Shown piece by piece: positions 1-10,294 of a stretch of DNA of 64,000 bases (the first letter of the stretch is position 1; each line of letters opens with the position of its first letter). Source of the stretch: a virus. Under the pieces are notes generated by a model, which was not told the origin of the DNA, did no database searches, and was given only the letters and a program-made list of their open reading frames with translations. The stretch lies in the IMG/VR virus record IMGVR_UViG_3300045988_119718, positions 32,001 through 96,000 of that record. One strand, given 5' to 3'. A program made the position numbers and the translations under genes.

Positions 1-955
1 TACTTTATTGGTAACAGCATTTCTTTCAACCGGAACTTCAAGCATGAAGCGTCTGTTGAAAATACGGTCATTGGAGCCATAGCCAGGGGTGAACTTACCT
101 TCTACGTCGAAAATAAGGGTAGCATCTTTGACATCCTTGTCAGCTACCTTAATATGACCAGCAAGGTCAGTCTTAGCAGCTTCTACATCATCGATGTATT
201 TAGAACCAGCAACAGCAAGACCCTTAATGAGAATCTTAGATACGAATGTCTTCATAGAAAGAGCAGTCAGCGGCATGTTCATTGCCGAAACCTGCTGTTC
301 AGTGAAAGCATCATGAATAAGATCACCAGTAGCAGCACCACGACCACCGATTTCAGTGGTTACATAGTTAGAAGTTCCATCATCAACCCAAACAAAGTCA
401 GCGGTCGGGATGGATTCATCTACTGCGTCTTTAATCTTATTCTGTTCATAGAACATATCGTATTCATTGCCCTTGGTATCAACAAGAGTACGAGTTTCCA
501 TGGTAAGGGTGAACTTCGGTGAACGAGCTACATCCTTCGGCATAACCTGATCAAATACAGCATTCATAAGAATGTTTTTGTGCATCGGAAGAGTCATACC
601 TACAACTGGGTTATATACACCAAGCGGAGAGGATTCGTTCATGATATGGTTGGTATCGTTATCAAAGATAGCGTCCATGTTGCTGAGATGGTTTTCGAGT
701 ACAGCAGTGTTCTTGTACTGCGGATCAGAAGCATCATAAGATCCTTCTCTAAACGCAGCCTTAAGTTCTTCTCTATACATGCTATCTTTAAGAACAGCAG
801 AAGGATCTCTTACCATATCGTAAGCACCTTGAGATTCCTGTTTAATAGCATTGATAGTATCAACATAGTCCTGAGCTACACTATGCATTTCATTAGTTGC
901 ATAGCTGCTAAGATCTACTTTGGTATCTTCATTAATTGGTTTAATTGCAGCCATT
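1..955 (-). CDS. Major capsid protein, T4 gp23-like (5' part only; gene continues beyond window start)
   Basis: Minus-strand reading frame from ATG at 955 (RBS GGAGGAAAGC upstream) is open to position 1. Translation MAAIKPINEDTKVDLSSYATNEM... contains VVGMTLPMHKNILMNAVFDQVMPKDVARSPKF, resembling the T4 gp23 block VMGMVRRAIPNLIAFDICGVQPMNSPTGQVF. Region is visibly G+C-richer/codon-optimised, as expected for an abundant structural protein. Plus-strand ORFs here look like antisense artefacts. Confidence 0.6.
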
Positions 956-1056
956 ATTAGCTTTCCTCCTTAAATCGATTATATTTTGGAAATCAATTTT
1001 ATGGGTTATATATTATCTTATAAAATTGATTATAAGTTTACAGTCTATTTTAATTT

Positions 1057-2589
1057 TTATTCTCTCTTATTTTTATTATTGCTATTATTCTCTAATTGTT
1101 TCTTGTTGCTTATCTTTTCTAATATCTTGATAAGCATTGTGTATATAGTAATGAACCGTTCAAGAATTATTTGATTCTCCACAAAACTTCTTGTATTAAA
1201 GGAATCTGTTAAAGAATCCTTTATCATCTCTCTTAGATCGGAAAGAGAATCATTTACATAGTTAAGTGTATCAACTATATTAGAATCTTTATTTACTACT
1301 GATAATCTCTCTAGTATACCAGTAATATCATTGAAAAGATCAATAAATTGTTGTTTTTGATTATTGGTTTTTATTCTTAATTGATCTTGTGTCAAATTAG
1401 AAAAGACATCTTGTTGTAATCCCTGAATTTCAGAATTAGCTTGAGAATCTCTAGAACCACCATCGTTCATTGTAGAATCATCAGTTGAATTTGCATCGTC
1501 TTGACCATCTGTTCCATCTTCTGAGCCATCCCCTGCATCATTATCTGTATCAGTATAGTCTTCACTAGCATCATCACCATCAGAACTACTGGTGTCGGCT
1601 GGTTGGTTTGGATTTCCTGTAGCTGCATCATTTTGTTCAGTATCATCATTAGGAGTATCCGACCTTACAGTATTGTTATTATCATCTATATTTGAATCTT
1701 GAGAATTATCAGTATCAGTATAATCTGCGGAATTATCATCATCTGATGAGGTATCTTGAACGTTTGTATCAGCCGCTGTATTACCATTACCATCATCATA
1801 ATCTTGCGTATAATCAGTACCTGTATCATCTGGTGTAGAAGTATCTACAGCATTTGCTGGTTCTTCAGTATCATTAGTATAATCCTCAGTATCATCTGAA
1901 GTAGAAGTATCTGCTACATCACTATTATCTGTATCCGCAGTATAATCTTCTTCTGACCCAGAATCATCACCGTTATCAGCAGTATCTACGACCTCTTCTG
2001 GTTCTTCAGTATCGCCAGTATAATCATCTTCTGTATTATCATCTGATGAAGTATCCTGTACTTCTGTATCGGTTTCTTCAGGTTCATCATCAGTAGGAGT
2101 ATCATCTGTATCATTAGTATAGTCTTCTTCTGTATCCGTATCATCATCAGATTCAGAAGCATCACTATCTACTTCTTCTGGCTCATTATCTTCTTCAGGT
2201 TCATCTTCATATTCAGTATAATCATCAGTATCATTATCGTCAGCAGTATCTACTACTTCAGTTGGTTCTTCATCTTTCTTTTTATCAGCCTCTAAGATTA
2301 CATTCATATTATTAGTAAAATCGCCATAGTAAGATTCATTTAAGGTTTTATATACTTCAGAATCTTCACTTACTTCAACATTAAATTTCTTAGCAGCTTT
2401 CATTATATTTCTAGCTAATTCTTTTTTCTTATTTTTATCACAATGATTAAAATAAGCCATAGCAGAACGTACATGGTTAGCATCGTTTAATGGATATTTC
2501 TTTTCAGATGGTAATCCGTAAATAGATGCTGGCAATTCTTTTCTATCTTTAGTAGATAATTTTTCTTCATTATAAATATTAATCATCAT
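1057..2589 (-). CDS. Prohead scaffold/core-like protein with ~330-aa D/E/T-rich acidic low-complexity region and C-terminal coiled coil
   Basis: 510-aa ORF immediately upstream of the gp23-like gene (T4 gp22 position). Extreme acidic composition (DTDD/EEPEE runs). C-terminal helical segment. Start overlaps stop of upstream ORF by 11 nt. Confidence 0.5.
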   Translation of the reverse strand: MMINIYNEEKLSTKDRKELPASIYGLPSEKKYPLNDANHVRSAMAYFNHCDKNKKKELARNIMKAAKKFNVEVSEDSEVYKTLNESYYGDFTNNMNVILEADKKKDEEPTEVVDTADDNDTDDYTEYEDEPEEDNEPEEVDSDASESDDDTDTEEDYTNDTDDTPTDDEPEETDTEVQDTSSDDNTEDDYTGDTEEPEEVVDTADNGDDSGSEEDYTADTDNSDVADTSTSDDTEDYTNDTEEPANAVDTSTPDDTGTDYTQDYDDGNGNTAADTNVQDTSSDDDNSADYTDTDNSQDSNIDDNNNTVRSDTPNDDTEQNDAATGNPNQPADTSSSDGDDASEDYTDTDNDAGDGSEDGTDGQDDANSTDDSTMNDGGSRDSQANSEIQGLQQDVFSNLTQDQLRIKTNNQKQQFIDLFNDITGILERLSVVNKDSNIVDTLNYVNDSLSDLREMIKDSLTDSFNTRSFVENQIILERFITIYTMLIKILEKISNKKQLENNSNNKNKRE

Positions 2590-4837
2590 GTCTCAACCCC
2601 AATTCTGATCCAGCATCATCAATATCTTTCTTAAACATAATTTCATCATTCCACTTAGTCTTGCTATTTACAGCTACTTTGGCCAAATAAGTAATTAGCT
2701 TTCTCTTTAATAATCTTAACTTTCTTTCTTTCTTATAATCTTTACTATCTTCAGCATCTCTGATTCTTCTATCAATCATTTCTAATTCTACTTCTAATTC
2801 ATCAGCAACAGCTTGTCTTTCTTCTTTAGCAGCTCTCTTTGAATTTACAAATCTAACCACTAAAGACAATAACCCTACAAAAGGATGAACTAATACTGAT
2901 AACCCACCAGCTATTATAATAGATTTAATGCATCTAGACATTGATGGTAAGAAACTATTCTTAACTACTTGCATTCTAGCTTCTCTTTTATCTTCTTCTG
3001 TATTAATCTTCTCTATAGTATCAGCGAATCTATCAATGTTGTTCCAAGCTGTTTTTTGAGCATCCATTAATGTAGAAGCAGTTTTCTTTAGTCTATCTAA
3101 ACCTAAAGTTACATAAGATGAAAGTTTCATTTCATGCATAGCTTCTTTAGCTATATTATTAGCTAAAATAGTATCTTCATTATAATACTTAGCTATTTTA
3201 TCAATAGTGTAAGTTCTCATTTTATCTTGATTATAATCTTTGATAGGGATAATATTAGCAGATAGTACTTTTTCATCTGTCTCATCATCATCTTTCATAC
3301 TATCTTGATTTTCATCATGATAATTTTTTACTTTATTTATAATTTCTTTTAAATTAGAAATTTTAGATACATTATCTGGAGTAGTTGTATCTTTTCTAAT
3401 TTCTTTAACCGCTTCATTTAAAGACAATAATAATTTAGATTTATCTATAAGAGGATAATGCTTTTCATAAGACTCTTCAATGTACTCCAATAAGTCTCTA
3501 TCTGCTTTTATTAATAACTCTTTATCAGTAAATGCAGATATAGTGGATTCTTCTAATACATTAGATTGGAATATAGAGCATGCTTCTTCTATATCATCTA
3601 ATAAAGCATTATCATAATCAGTAAATATACCAGTAGGGTTATCATTTACATCATACGGTTCACCTTTTAGATTATAAACTTTTTTAGCATCATAATATTC
3701 AATACTTTTGCTAAGCATTTCTTTAATTTCTTTTATAGCTTCAATCATAACTTGATAAGATTCGCTATTTTGCGGAATCATTGAAGCTTTAGCCAAGAAA
3801 TCATCAACCATATCATATATTTTTTTGATATAACCATTATGGAATTCATCAGCAAATTTTTTATAAATAGTATCTATATATGTATATAATACTCTTATCA
3901 TATCATCTTTATTATTAGAATAATTTGATACTGCAAAATACTGATAATAAAGTGGTAATACTATTTTAGTCATATCAGATAACTCTTGTAAATTAGAAAT
4001 TGAATCAGCAATATCAGAGAATAGGTCTACTACTTTATCTATACATGTAGAATCACCAGTATTAGAAGGTGATACTTCAAACTCTGCTATTTTATCAAAC
4101 ACATCTGATTGCTTTATACGATTACTAATCTGATTATTACCAATAATATCATTAAGCTTTTGTATGAATACAGAATTATATACTCTTTGTGCAATAGAAT
4201 CTAATACTTTAGCAACTATATCTTCAGTTGTATGAGACGGAGGATAAGTACTAAATAAGTATGAATGCACAGTAGGAATTATATATACTAGCTCTTTATC
4301 TTCTAAACAAGTATATGTATTATAATCATATGCTAATTCTTCTACCATTAATGCAAATTTATCTTGTATAGATAATGAATATGTATCTAATAACTTACAA
4401 ATCTCAATCATACCAAGTTGAGGGAATTCACTACCTATTAATATACGTATAGGATTTATATCAGTATTATTTGTTACATTCATTGAAAATATAGATTTTA
4501 TATTAAATCTCTTATTAATAATCTCATGATTAGCTCTAACTCTATTTAAATCTATTTCATCATGAGAAACTTTAGTTAAATCTTCTTTAGCTTTTTCATC
4601 CGTAACATTATCGTAAATACATTTTTTTAATTTATCAAAAGAAATATTATCAGTAGCTATAATAGCTACTATCATTTGCTCTAATAAACTTTTAGGTTGT
4701 TGTAAATACTCAGATTCAGTAACAGGAATAGCATTAGAATATAATTCTAATGCTTTGCTTAACCTACCAATATTATCTGTTCCTAACTCTTTCCAATTTT
4801 GCAATGACTCTACTAATTGTGAAGAATATGGTTTCAT
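2579..4837 (-). CDS. Hypothetical head-morphogenesis-associated protein (752 aa) with C-terminal hydrophobic segment and charged coiled coil
   Basis: Long ORF, translationally coupled to the downstream scaffold-like gene. Segment IIIAGGLSVLVHPFVGLLSLVV followed by a K/E/R-rich helix. No recognisable catalytic motif. Confidence 0.45.
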   Translation of the reverse strand: MKPYSSQLVESLQNWKELGTDNIGRLSKALELYSNAIPVTESEYLQQPKSLLEQMIVAIIATDNISFDKLKKCIYDNVTDEKAKEDLTKVSHDEIDLNRVRANHEIINKRFNIKSIFSMNVTNNTDINPIRILIGSEFPQLGMIEICKLLDTYSLSIQDKFALMVEELAYDYNTYTCLEDKELVYIIPTVHSYLFSTYPPSHTTEDIVAKVLDSIAQRVYNSVFIQKLNDIIGNNQISNRIKQSDVFDKIAEFEVSPSNTGDSTCIDKVVDLFSDIADSISNLQELSDMTKIVLPLYYQYFAVSNYSNNKDDMIRVLYTYIDTIYKKFADEFHNGYIKKIYDMVDDFLAKASMIPQNSESYQVMIEAIKEIKEMLSKSIEYYDAKKVYNLKGEPYDVNDNPTGIFTDYDNALLDDIEEACSIFQSNVLEESTISAFTDKELLIKADRDLLEYIEESYEKHYPLIDKSKLLLSLNEAVKEIRKDTTTPDNVSKISNLKEIINKVKNYHDENQDSMKDDDETDEKVLSANIIPIKDYNQDKMRTYTIDKIAKYYNEDTILANNIAKEAMHEMKLSSYVTLGLDRLKKTASTLMDAQKTAWNNIDRFADTIEKINTEEDKREARMQVVKNSFLPSMSRCIKSIIIAGGLSVLVHPFVGLLSLVVRFVNSKRAAKEERQAVADELEVELEMIDRRIRDAEDSKDYKKERKLRLLKRKLITYLAKVAVNSKTKWNDEIMFKKDIDDAGSELGLRHDD

Positions 4838-4953
4838 TTATAAAATATTCTCCTTTCTTTAAAACCGATTAAAAATTACTATAAAGTTCTAAAAAATAAA
4901 TAGCAAAAAATAATAGAGTAGCACATATGTGCTACTCTATTATTACTTTTTTT

Positions 4954-7221
4954 TTAGAAGTCTTTACCAAAGCATACCTTTTCAAGAGTCTTTACATATA
5001 CCTCAGTAAAAGTGCGTTTCATAACACTTGATGTACCAGTAGGTGCATAATCAGAATAGGGATCACCAAAATTTTCAAGATAATATTTAAGGTTAAGTAC
5101 GTATGGTACAGTATTGCTTGCAATAATGTATTTTGCTAAAAGCTTAGCTGCTTTTCTCTGTCTATTATAGTTGTAGTCATTAAGGGATCTATTAGACCCA
5201 TCTAAAACAAAATAGCAATGCTCGTTATTGGATTCGCTAATATTGCATTTACCAATAAGATTTCCACCCTTAACGATTTCTTTATAAATCTTATAAGAGC
5301 GTCTCTTATGCTGATGAGCAATTAATACATTATTGTATGCATGTTCCATAAACCAAAGGAAAGCAGGGATAAAGTCTCTTTGATAAATAAATTCCGTAAG
5401 AATATAATACATCTTATTGTATTTATTACTATTTGGTCTTTGTTTATTAATAGTTTCCTGTACCTTTTCTTCATTAGTATGTTTATGATCTTCTGCTTTA
5501 GTTTCTTTTGAAACTTCTTCTTCTTTTGGTGAAGATCCTTCAGTATTTTTACCTACAATCTCATCCAGTTTATTAGATAACTCTTTTACAGCTTTGTTGA
5601 AGTCATTCATTGCTTCTTTATTATCTTTTTCTTTTTCTCCATCAAATTCCTGTGTAGCTTTATCATACTTAGGTGCATCATTTTGCATAGATGATGGAAT
5701 ATAATTAATGCTAATTTTCTCCGTAGAAAAACCAGGTGCTCTATAAATATTGATAGGTGCATCAATACCATCAATCGGTTCAATGCCAGTAGTTTTAAAC
5801 ATAATATTTCTCCTTTTCAAAGAATCAGACTCATCATCTACTACGGTATACTGTGAAGAAGATAATCCGACCCAATGCTCATTAAAGCTAGTAGGCGGAT
5901 TTTTAATCTTAACATCCTTAAGTTTAGGACAATTCTTAAACATATCGGTACACCATTTGCAAGATTTCATATCAATGATACCTTTAATAGTAGTAAGATT
6001 GTAGCAGTTTTTAAACATATAAGACATATTTTTTACTTTAGAAGTATCAAAGTTAGATAAATCCAATGTAGTAAGACTAGTACAATCACCGAACATACAC
6101 TCCATATCATCTACATTAGACGTATTAAAACTAGATAAATCTAATGACGTAAGACCATGGCAATTAAAGAACATAAAGCTCATATTGGTTACTTTAGATG
6201 TATTAAAGCCAGATAAATCTAATGTAGTAAGACTACGGCAACTATTAAACATACTACTCATATTAGTTACTTTAGACGTATTAAAGTAAGTAAATAAATC
6301 TAATGAAGTAAGACCACTACAATGATGGAACATATACTCCATATTTGTTATTTTATCATCGATTATAACATTAGCTTGACCTGAAAATTCCAGTATATCA
6401 ATTACATGAGATTCATCAGCCCAAATCTTACTGTACCATGGAGCACTACCTGTAGATAAAAATGCCAATTTGTGATCATACTCATCATCTACTATGGTAT
6501 ACTGAGATTTAGAAAGCCTACTATACTTTTCAAATTTGTCAGGTGGATTCTTAATCTTAACACCTTTAAGCTTAGTACAATTCATAAACATATCACTATA
6601 CCGTTTACATGACTTCATATCGATTACACCTTTAATAGTAGTAAGGTTAGAGCAACCATCAAATATGCTAAGCATATTTTCTACATTAGAAGTATCAAAG
6701 TTAGTTACATCCAATGAAGTAAGACTAGTACACTTACTAAACATAAGACCCATATCTCTTACATTAGAAGTATTGAAGTTGGATAAATCTAATGAAGTAA
6801 GTTTAGAACAGCCACTGAGCATAAAGCTCATATCAGTTACATTAGAAGTATCAAAACTAGATAAATCTAATGAAGTAAGAGAAGAACACTGATGAAACAT
6901 ATTAAACATATCTTTTACTTTAGAAGTATCAAAGTTAGATAAGTCTAATGATGCAAGATTGTAGCAATAGGCAAACATATTCCTCATATTAGTTACTTCG
7001 GATGTATTAAAATTAGACAAATCCAATGAAGTAATACAATGGCATTCATTAAACATACTGCCCATATTAGTTACACCTTTGCATGTAACTGTAGCTTGAC
7101 CAGATATAGATTCATCCATGTTAATAAATTTATCCTCATCAACCCACGGCATCCAATAATAATTACTATCAGTAAACCATGGAGCATTACCTTTGGCTAT
7201 ATATACCTGCTCTTTAGACAT
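4954..7221 (-). CDS. BspA-type leucine-rich-repeat (LRR_5-like) surface/adhesin protein, 755 aa
   Basis: About 14 tandem ~23-aa repeats of the form LTSLDLSNFDTSKVTNMSFMF.C. Two repeat blocks, each preceded by a 'G.APW....ES.SGQA.V' module. RBS AAAGGAGAAG before ATG at 7221. Confidence 0.8.
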   Translation of the reverse strand: MSKEQVYIAKGNAPWFTDSNYYWMPWVDEDKFINMDESISGQATVTCKGVTNMGSMFNECHCITSLDLSNFNTSEVTNMRNMFAYCYNLASLDLSNFDTSKVKDMFNMFHQCSSLTSLDLSSFDTSNVTDMSFMLSGCSKLTSLDLSNFNTSNVRDMGLMFSKCTSLTSLDVTNFDTSNVENMLSIFDGCSNLTTIKGVIDMKSCKRYSDMFMNCTKLKGVKIKNPPDKFEKYSRLSKSQYTIVDDEYDHKLAFLSTGSAPWYSKIWADESHVIDILEFSGQANVIIDDKITNMEYMFHHCSGLTSLDLFTYFNTSKVTNMSSMFNSCRSLTTLDLSGFNTSKVTNMSFMFFNCHGLTSLDLSSFNTSNVDDMECMFGDCTSLTTLDLSNFDTSKVKNMSYMFKNCYNLTTIKGIIDMKSCKWCTDMFKNCPKLKDVKIKNPPTSFNEHWVGLSSSQYTVVDDESDSLKRRNIMFKTTGIEPIDGIDAPINIYRAPGFSTEKISINYIPSSMQNDAPKYDKATQEFDGEKEKDNKEAMNDFNKAVKELSNKLDEIVGKNTEGSSPKEEEVSKETKAEDHKHTNEEKVQETINKQRPNSNKYNKMYYILTEFIYQRDFIPAFLWFMEHAYNNVLIAHQHKRRSYKIYKEIVKGGNLIGKCNISESNNEHCYFVLDGSNRSLNDYNYNRQRKAAKLLAKYIIASNTVPYVLNLKYYLENFGDPYSDYAPTGTSSVMKRTFTEVYVKTLEKVCFGKDF

Positions 7222-7233
7222 AATACTTCTCCT

Positions 7234-7581
7234 TTAGAATTTATCACTAATAGGATTATTTTCATCAGATAACAGTTTAGGCCTATTATCTTCTTCTTCA
7301 TTGAATCCAATAGGTAATAGACCTTTAACCGTAATCTTCATATCTTCTGTGTGACCACAATTCTGGCATACACAAGTGTATTTAGATTGTTTATCCAGTA
7401 CAGCTTGAATCCATCCCCTAGGGGAGATTTTACAAGCTTTGTATTGAGCAATCAATAGAGCCATTGTAGACCCGCATTTAGGACAAATACCAGGTTGAAT
7501 GACTCTAGTAATCACTTTACGAAGTTTCTGTTCCATATTAAATACCAAGACTTCCTTTAGTAAATTTAATATTACGGACAT
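7234..7581 (-). CDS. Zinc-ribbon protein (CPKCG ... CQNCG)
   Basis: 115-aa ORF with two CxxC pairs. Function unknown. Confidence 0.45.
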   Translation of the reverse strand: MSVILNLLKEVLVFNMEQKLRKVITRVIQPGICPKCGSTMALLIAQYKACKISPRGWIQAVLDKQSKYTCVCQNCGHTEDMKITVKGLLPIGFNEEEDNRPKLLSDENNPISDKF

Positions 7582-7783
7582 CCCCTTCTATAAGAACTTT
7601 AGAATCAGGATATCTAATATTATCTCTACTTACTAAAATAGCAGTATATACTTTAGGAGATCCACGTACTATTACAGTACCGAATCTAGGTTCTACGGTT
7701 CCTCTTGATTTCTCAATCTCAATGATTTTATCATGTTGGGTTTGAGAGAAGATGAAAACTCTATAATATATATTATTCGTCAT
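7538..7783 (-). CDS. Hypothetical protein (81 aa)
   Basis: ORF overlapping neighbours at both ends in operon-like arrangement. No motif. Confidence 0.3.
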   Translation of the reverse strand: MTNNIYYRVFIFSQTQHDKIIEIEKSRGTVEPRFGTVIVRGSPKVYTAILVSRDNIRYPDSKVLIEGDVRNIKFTKGSLGI

Positions 7784-9563
7784 ATTTCAATATGTCACTT
7801 CCTTTCGCTATTGGTAAACCAGTTAATGAATCCAGATGTTTTTTAATAATCTGATCATTGGTTTCCATAATACCACCGAGTGCTTCTGTAACATGATTTG
7901 CTACCAATTCAGTTTGGTTAGCAATATCTACATCCTCCGTGGTTACATTATTGTCATCTAATACATTATGTTTAAACTCTATTACCTCTCTAAGTCCTTT
8001 GATTTTTTTATATTCATCACACAGTTCTTTTAGTTCTTGCTCATAAGTAATAGGTTCTTTATTATCAGATAAATAACCATTAGTGTTTAACTTAAGAAAT
8101 GGAATAATAGAACCATTTACACCTGGGTCAGATGGTGAAGATGCATCTGGGTCAAGAATACCCATATTGGAAATATCCAACAGTCTAAACTGGTTTGGAA
8201 TAGATCTAGAACCATTAGAACCATTAGTATCACCTACGCCAGAAATACCTTTATATGTAAATTTAGTTGCTAAAAATGCATCCATATCATTTACGATATT
8301 TCTAAATCCTACTAATTGTGATTTAGTAATTTCTACAATTAACCAATCTGGTTTGATATTGATAGTTCTTTCAATTTCTTTCAGATTAATTTTCTTGCCT
8401 TTATTACTAAGTCTATGAATATTAGTAGTAAGTTTCTTTGCATAAATAGCTGCAATATATTCAGCACATCTTACTTTCTTAGTAGTGATATTCATTGTAT
8501 CTTTCATTTTAAGATTATTGAATTCACATAATAACCATTGAAGTAGAACAAACATATCTTTCTTATATTTCCATGGAAGATAAATCTGTTCTTGGATATT
8601 AATATCCAAGGTAGATTCAAAAGATTTAAGAATAGTAAGACCTTTTTGCAGTTTATTTTGAGTTACAAATCCTCCACCTAATCTTTCAATCCAAATATCT
8701 GTATTATACAGATCATTGAAATTCATAGATGAAGTAATCATATTTAATAAAGTAACTACAGCATGCTGCATAATAGGATTATTCATAAAATATCTATCTA
8801 CATTAATAAAGATTTTATCATTCTTGCTACTGCAAAATGAACAAATATCTTCATTAGACTGATTGTCTGGAGATATAAATAGATAATTAGCCAATCCCAA
8901 GTTCTGTAATGCTTTAACTACACCATACTTAGCAAATAGATATACTATAGCTGGTACAGATTTATTAAATGCAAAACAAGAAAAACTAGTGAATGAATAC
9001 TTATTCCCATCAGTATCACCAACAGGAACTTCAAATCTAGTAATTCTAATTGGCTGGAAATTAGTTTTAAGAGTAATAGTAGCTTTCTTACTATTCTTTT
9101 TAGAAGAAGAATTATTATAAGTAGACGCATCCACAATCTGATACATTGGAGAATAATAATTTCCTTTTAAGAAGAAATAGAACTTATTTACTACTCTTGG
9201 TACTTCGATGATTACATCTAAGTTTTCTCTTTCATTCTTATATGAAGTTTCATAATGAACGATTAAAAGTTTAATCTTAGATTCTTGCAGATCAATATAA
9301 TTAAACCTGTTATCATCAGCAGCTTTCTTACTACCTTTAAGTACTCTTTCATAATGCTTTCTTAAGATAATCTGAATATCATCATAATTATCTGCTACAG
9401 TAAACCCTTTAACTCTTATCGTAAATAAACCATGAGTTTGAATAGAAATAATAATTTTTTCTAATTGATCAATAATTGCTTCATCGGATCTTAGAAATAA
9501 TTGGTCATTAAAATCATCTACATGATTTTGTACATAGTCATGTATAAATCTTTTAATACTCAT
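7773..9563 (-). CDS. Hypothetical protein (596 aa)
   Basis: Long ORF with balanced composition. Start overlaps upstream gene stop (ATGA-type coupling). No motif recognised. Confidence 0.55.
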   Translation of the reverse strand: MSIKRFIHDYVQNHVDDFNDQLFLRSDEAIIDQLEKIIISIQTHGLFTIRVKGFTVADNYDDIQIILRKHYERVLKGSKKAADDNRFNYIDLQESKIKLLIVHYETSYKNERENLDVIIEVPRVVNKFYFFLKGNYYSPMYQIVDASTYNNSSSKKNSKKATITLKTNFQPIRITRFEVPVGDTDGNKYSFTSFSCFAFNKSVPAIVYLFAKYGVVKALQNLGLANYLFISPDNQSNEDICSFCSSKNDKIFINVDRYFMNNPIMQHAVVTLLNMITSSMNFNDLYNTDIWIERLGGGFVTQNKLQKGLTILKSFESTLDINIQEQIYLPWKYKKDMFVLLQWLLCEFNNLKMKDTMNITTKKVRCAEYIAAIYAKKLTTNIHRLSNKGKKINLKEIERTINIKPDWLIVEITKSQLVGFRNIVNDMDAFLATKFTYKGISGVGDTNGSNGSRSIPNQFRLLDISNMGILDPDASSPSDPGVNGSIIPFLKLNTNGYLSDNKEPITYEQELKELCDEYKKIKGLREVIEFKHNVLDDNNVTTEDVDIANQTELVANHVTEALGGIMETNDQIIKKHLDSLTGLPIAKGSDILKYDE

Positions 9564-9564
9564 A

Positions 9565-10209
9565 TTATTCCTCCTCAGTGAGTTTAATACTATATTCTTT
9601 ACCTATTGGATTAACTGCATCTTTCTTATCTCTAATAATAAATTCTCCATCAATATCAAAGCTATTAAGAATCCTTTTTGCTTTAAAGAAACTAATGCTA
9701 TGATTACTAGAAGACTTCAATGCTCTCATATCATTATTGAAGTCAGAAAATGATGGGAACTTATTCTTATAAGAATCTGGATCAATATGTTTATCATTAA
9801 TAGCTTGCTTAATAATTCTAAGCTCAGGGGTATCTTCTTCATAGATATCCAGATGAAGGCAATCATTAACGATAGTTAATCCAGCATTCTTCTCTTCTTT
9901 GATCTTATATACATTATTCAAAACATCTTTAAACGAACTAGAAGAACTAAAATTTACAACTCGTTTAGTAGAGTATTTTTCTTTATCTTCTTCTGTAGTT
10001 GGTAGAACTCCTCTAACAAACAAATCCCCAGGTATAGCACATGGGGTTGCTTTAATATGCTTTGAATATGGTAATACATAATCATCATTAAATTCAACTG
10101 CAATATCAGTATCTAAAGATTTGTTCTTATACATTCTATTGAATTCATCCATAGACACTACACTCATATTCTTGCCGTCAATTACAATCTTTTTAAAATC
10201 TAGATTCAT
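9565..10209 (-). CDS. Hypothetical protein (214 aa)
   Basis: ORF directly abutting the 596-aa gene. Confidence 0.5.
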   Translation of the reverse strand: MNLDFKKIVIDGKNMSVVSMDEFNRMYKNKSLDTDIAVEFNDDYVLPYSKHIKATPCAIPGDLFVRGVLPTTEEDKEKYSTKRVVNFSSSSSFKDVLNNVYKIKEEKNAGLTIVNDCLHLDIYEEDTPELRIIKQAINDKHIDPDSYKNKFPSFSDFNNDMRALKSSSNHSISFFKAKRILNSFDIDGEFIIRDKKDAVNPIGKEYSIKLTEEE

Positions 10210-10294
10210 AATAATACACCCTTTGCATATTTAGATAAAAAATTAAAAGGGATACGATGACGTATCCCTTTTAAAATTTAAATTATTTTAAAAC

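Noticed and set aside
154-1174. Plus-strand ORFs 154..522, 580..960, 945..1130, 986..1174
   Set aside because: Antisense to the G+C-rich gp23-like capsid gene or lying in an AT-rich spacer. Translations are low-complexity/hydrophobic junk, and a strong minus-strand RBS and homology explain the region.
1467-1649. Minus-strand 60-aa ORF (M/Q/I-rich) inside the acidic scaffold gene
   Set aside because: Alternate frame of a repetitive GAT/GAA-rich sequence. No RBS. Fully embedded in a better-supported gene.
5750-6892. Plus-strand ORFs 5750..6004, 5875..6060, 6536..6892 opposite the LRR gene
   Set aside because: Mirror-frame artefacts of the highly repetitive LRR coding sequence. Their translations are themselves repeat-like.
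8083-10081. Short ORFs 8083..8418(+), 8945..9136(-), 9899..10081(+)
   Set aside because: Embedded in or antisense to long well-supported genes. No RBS. Skewed composition.
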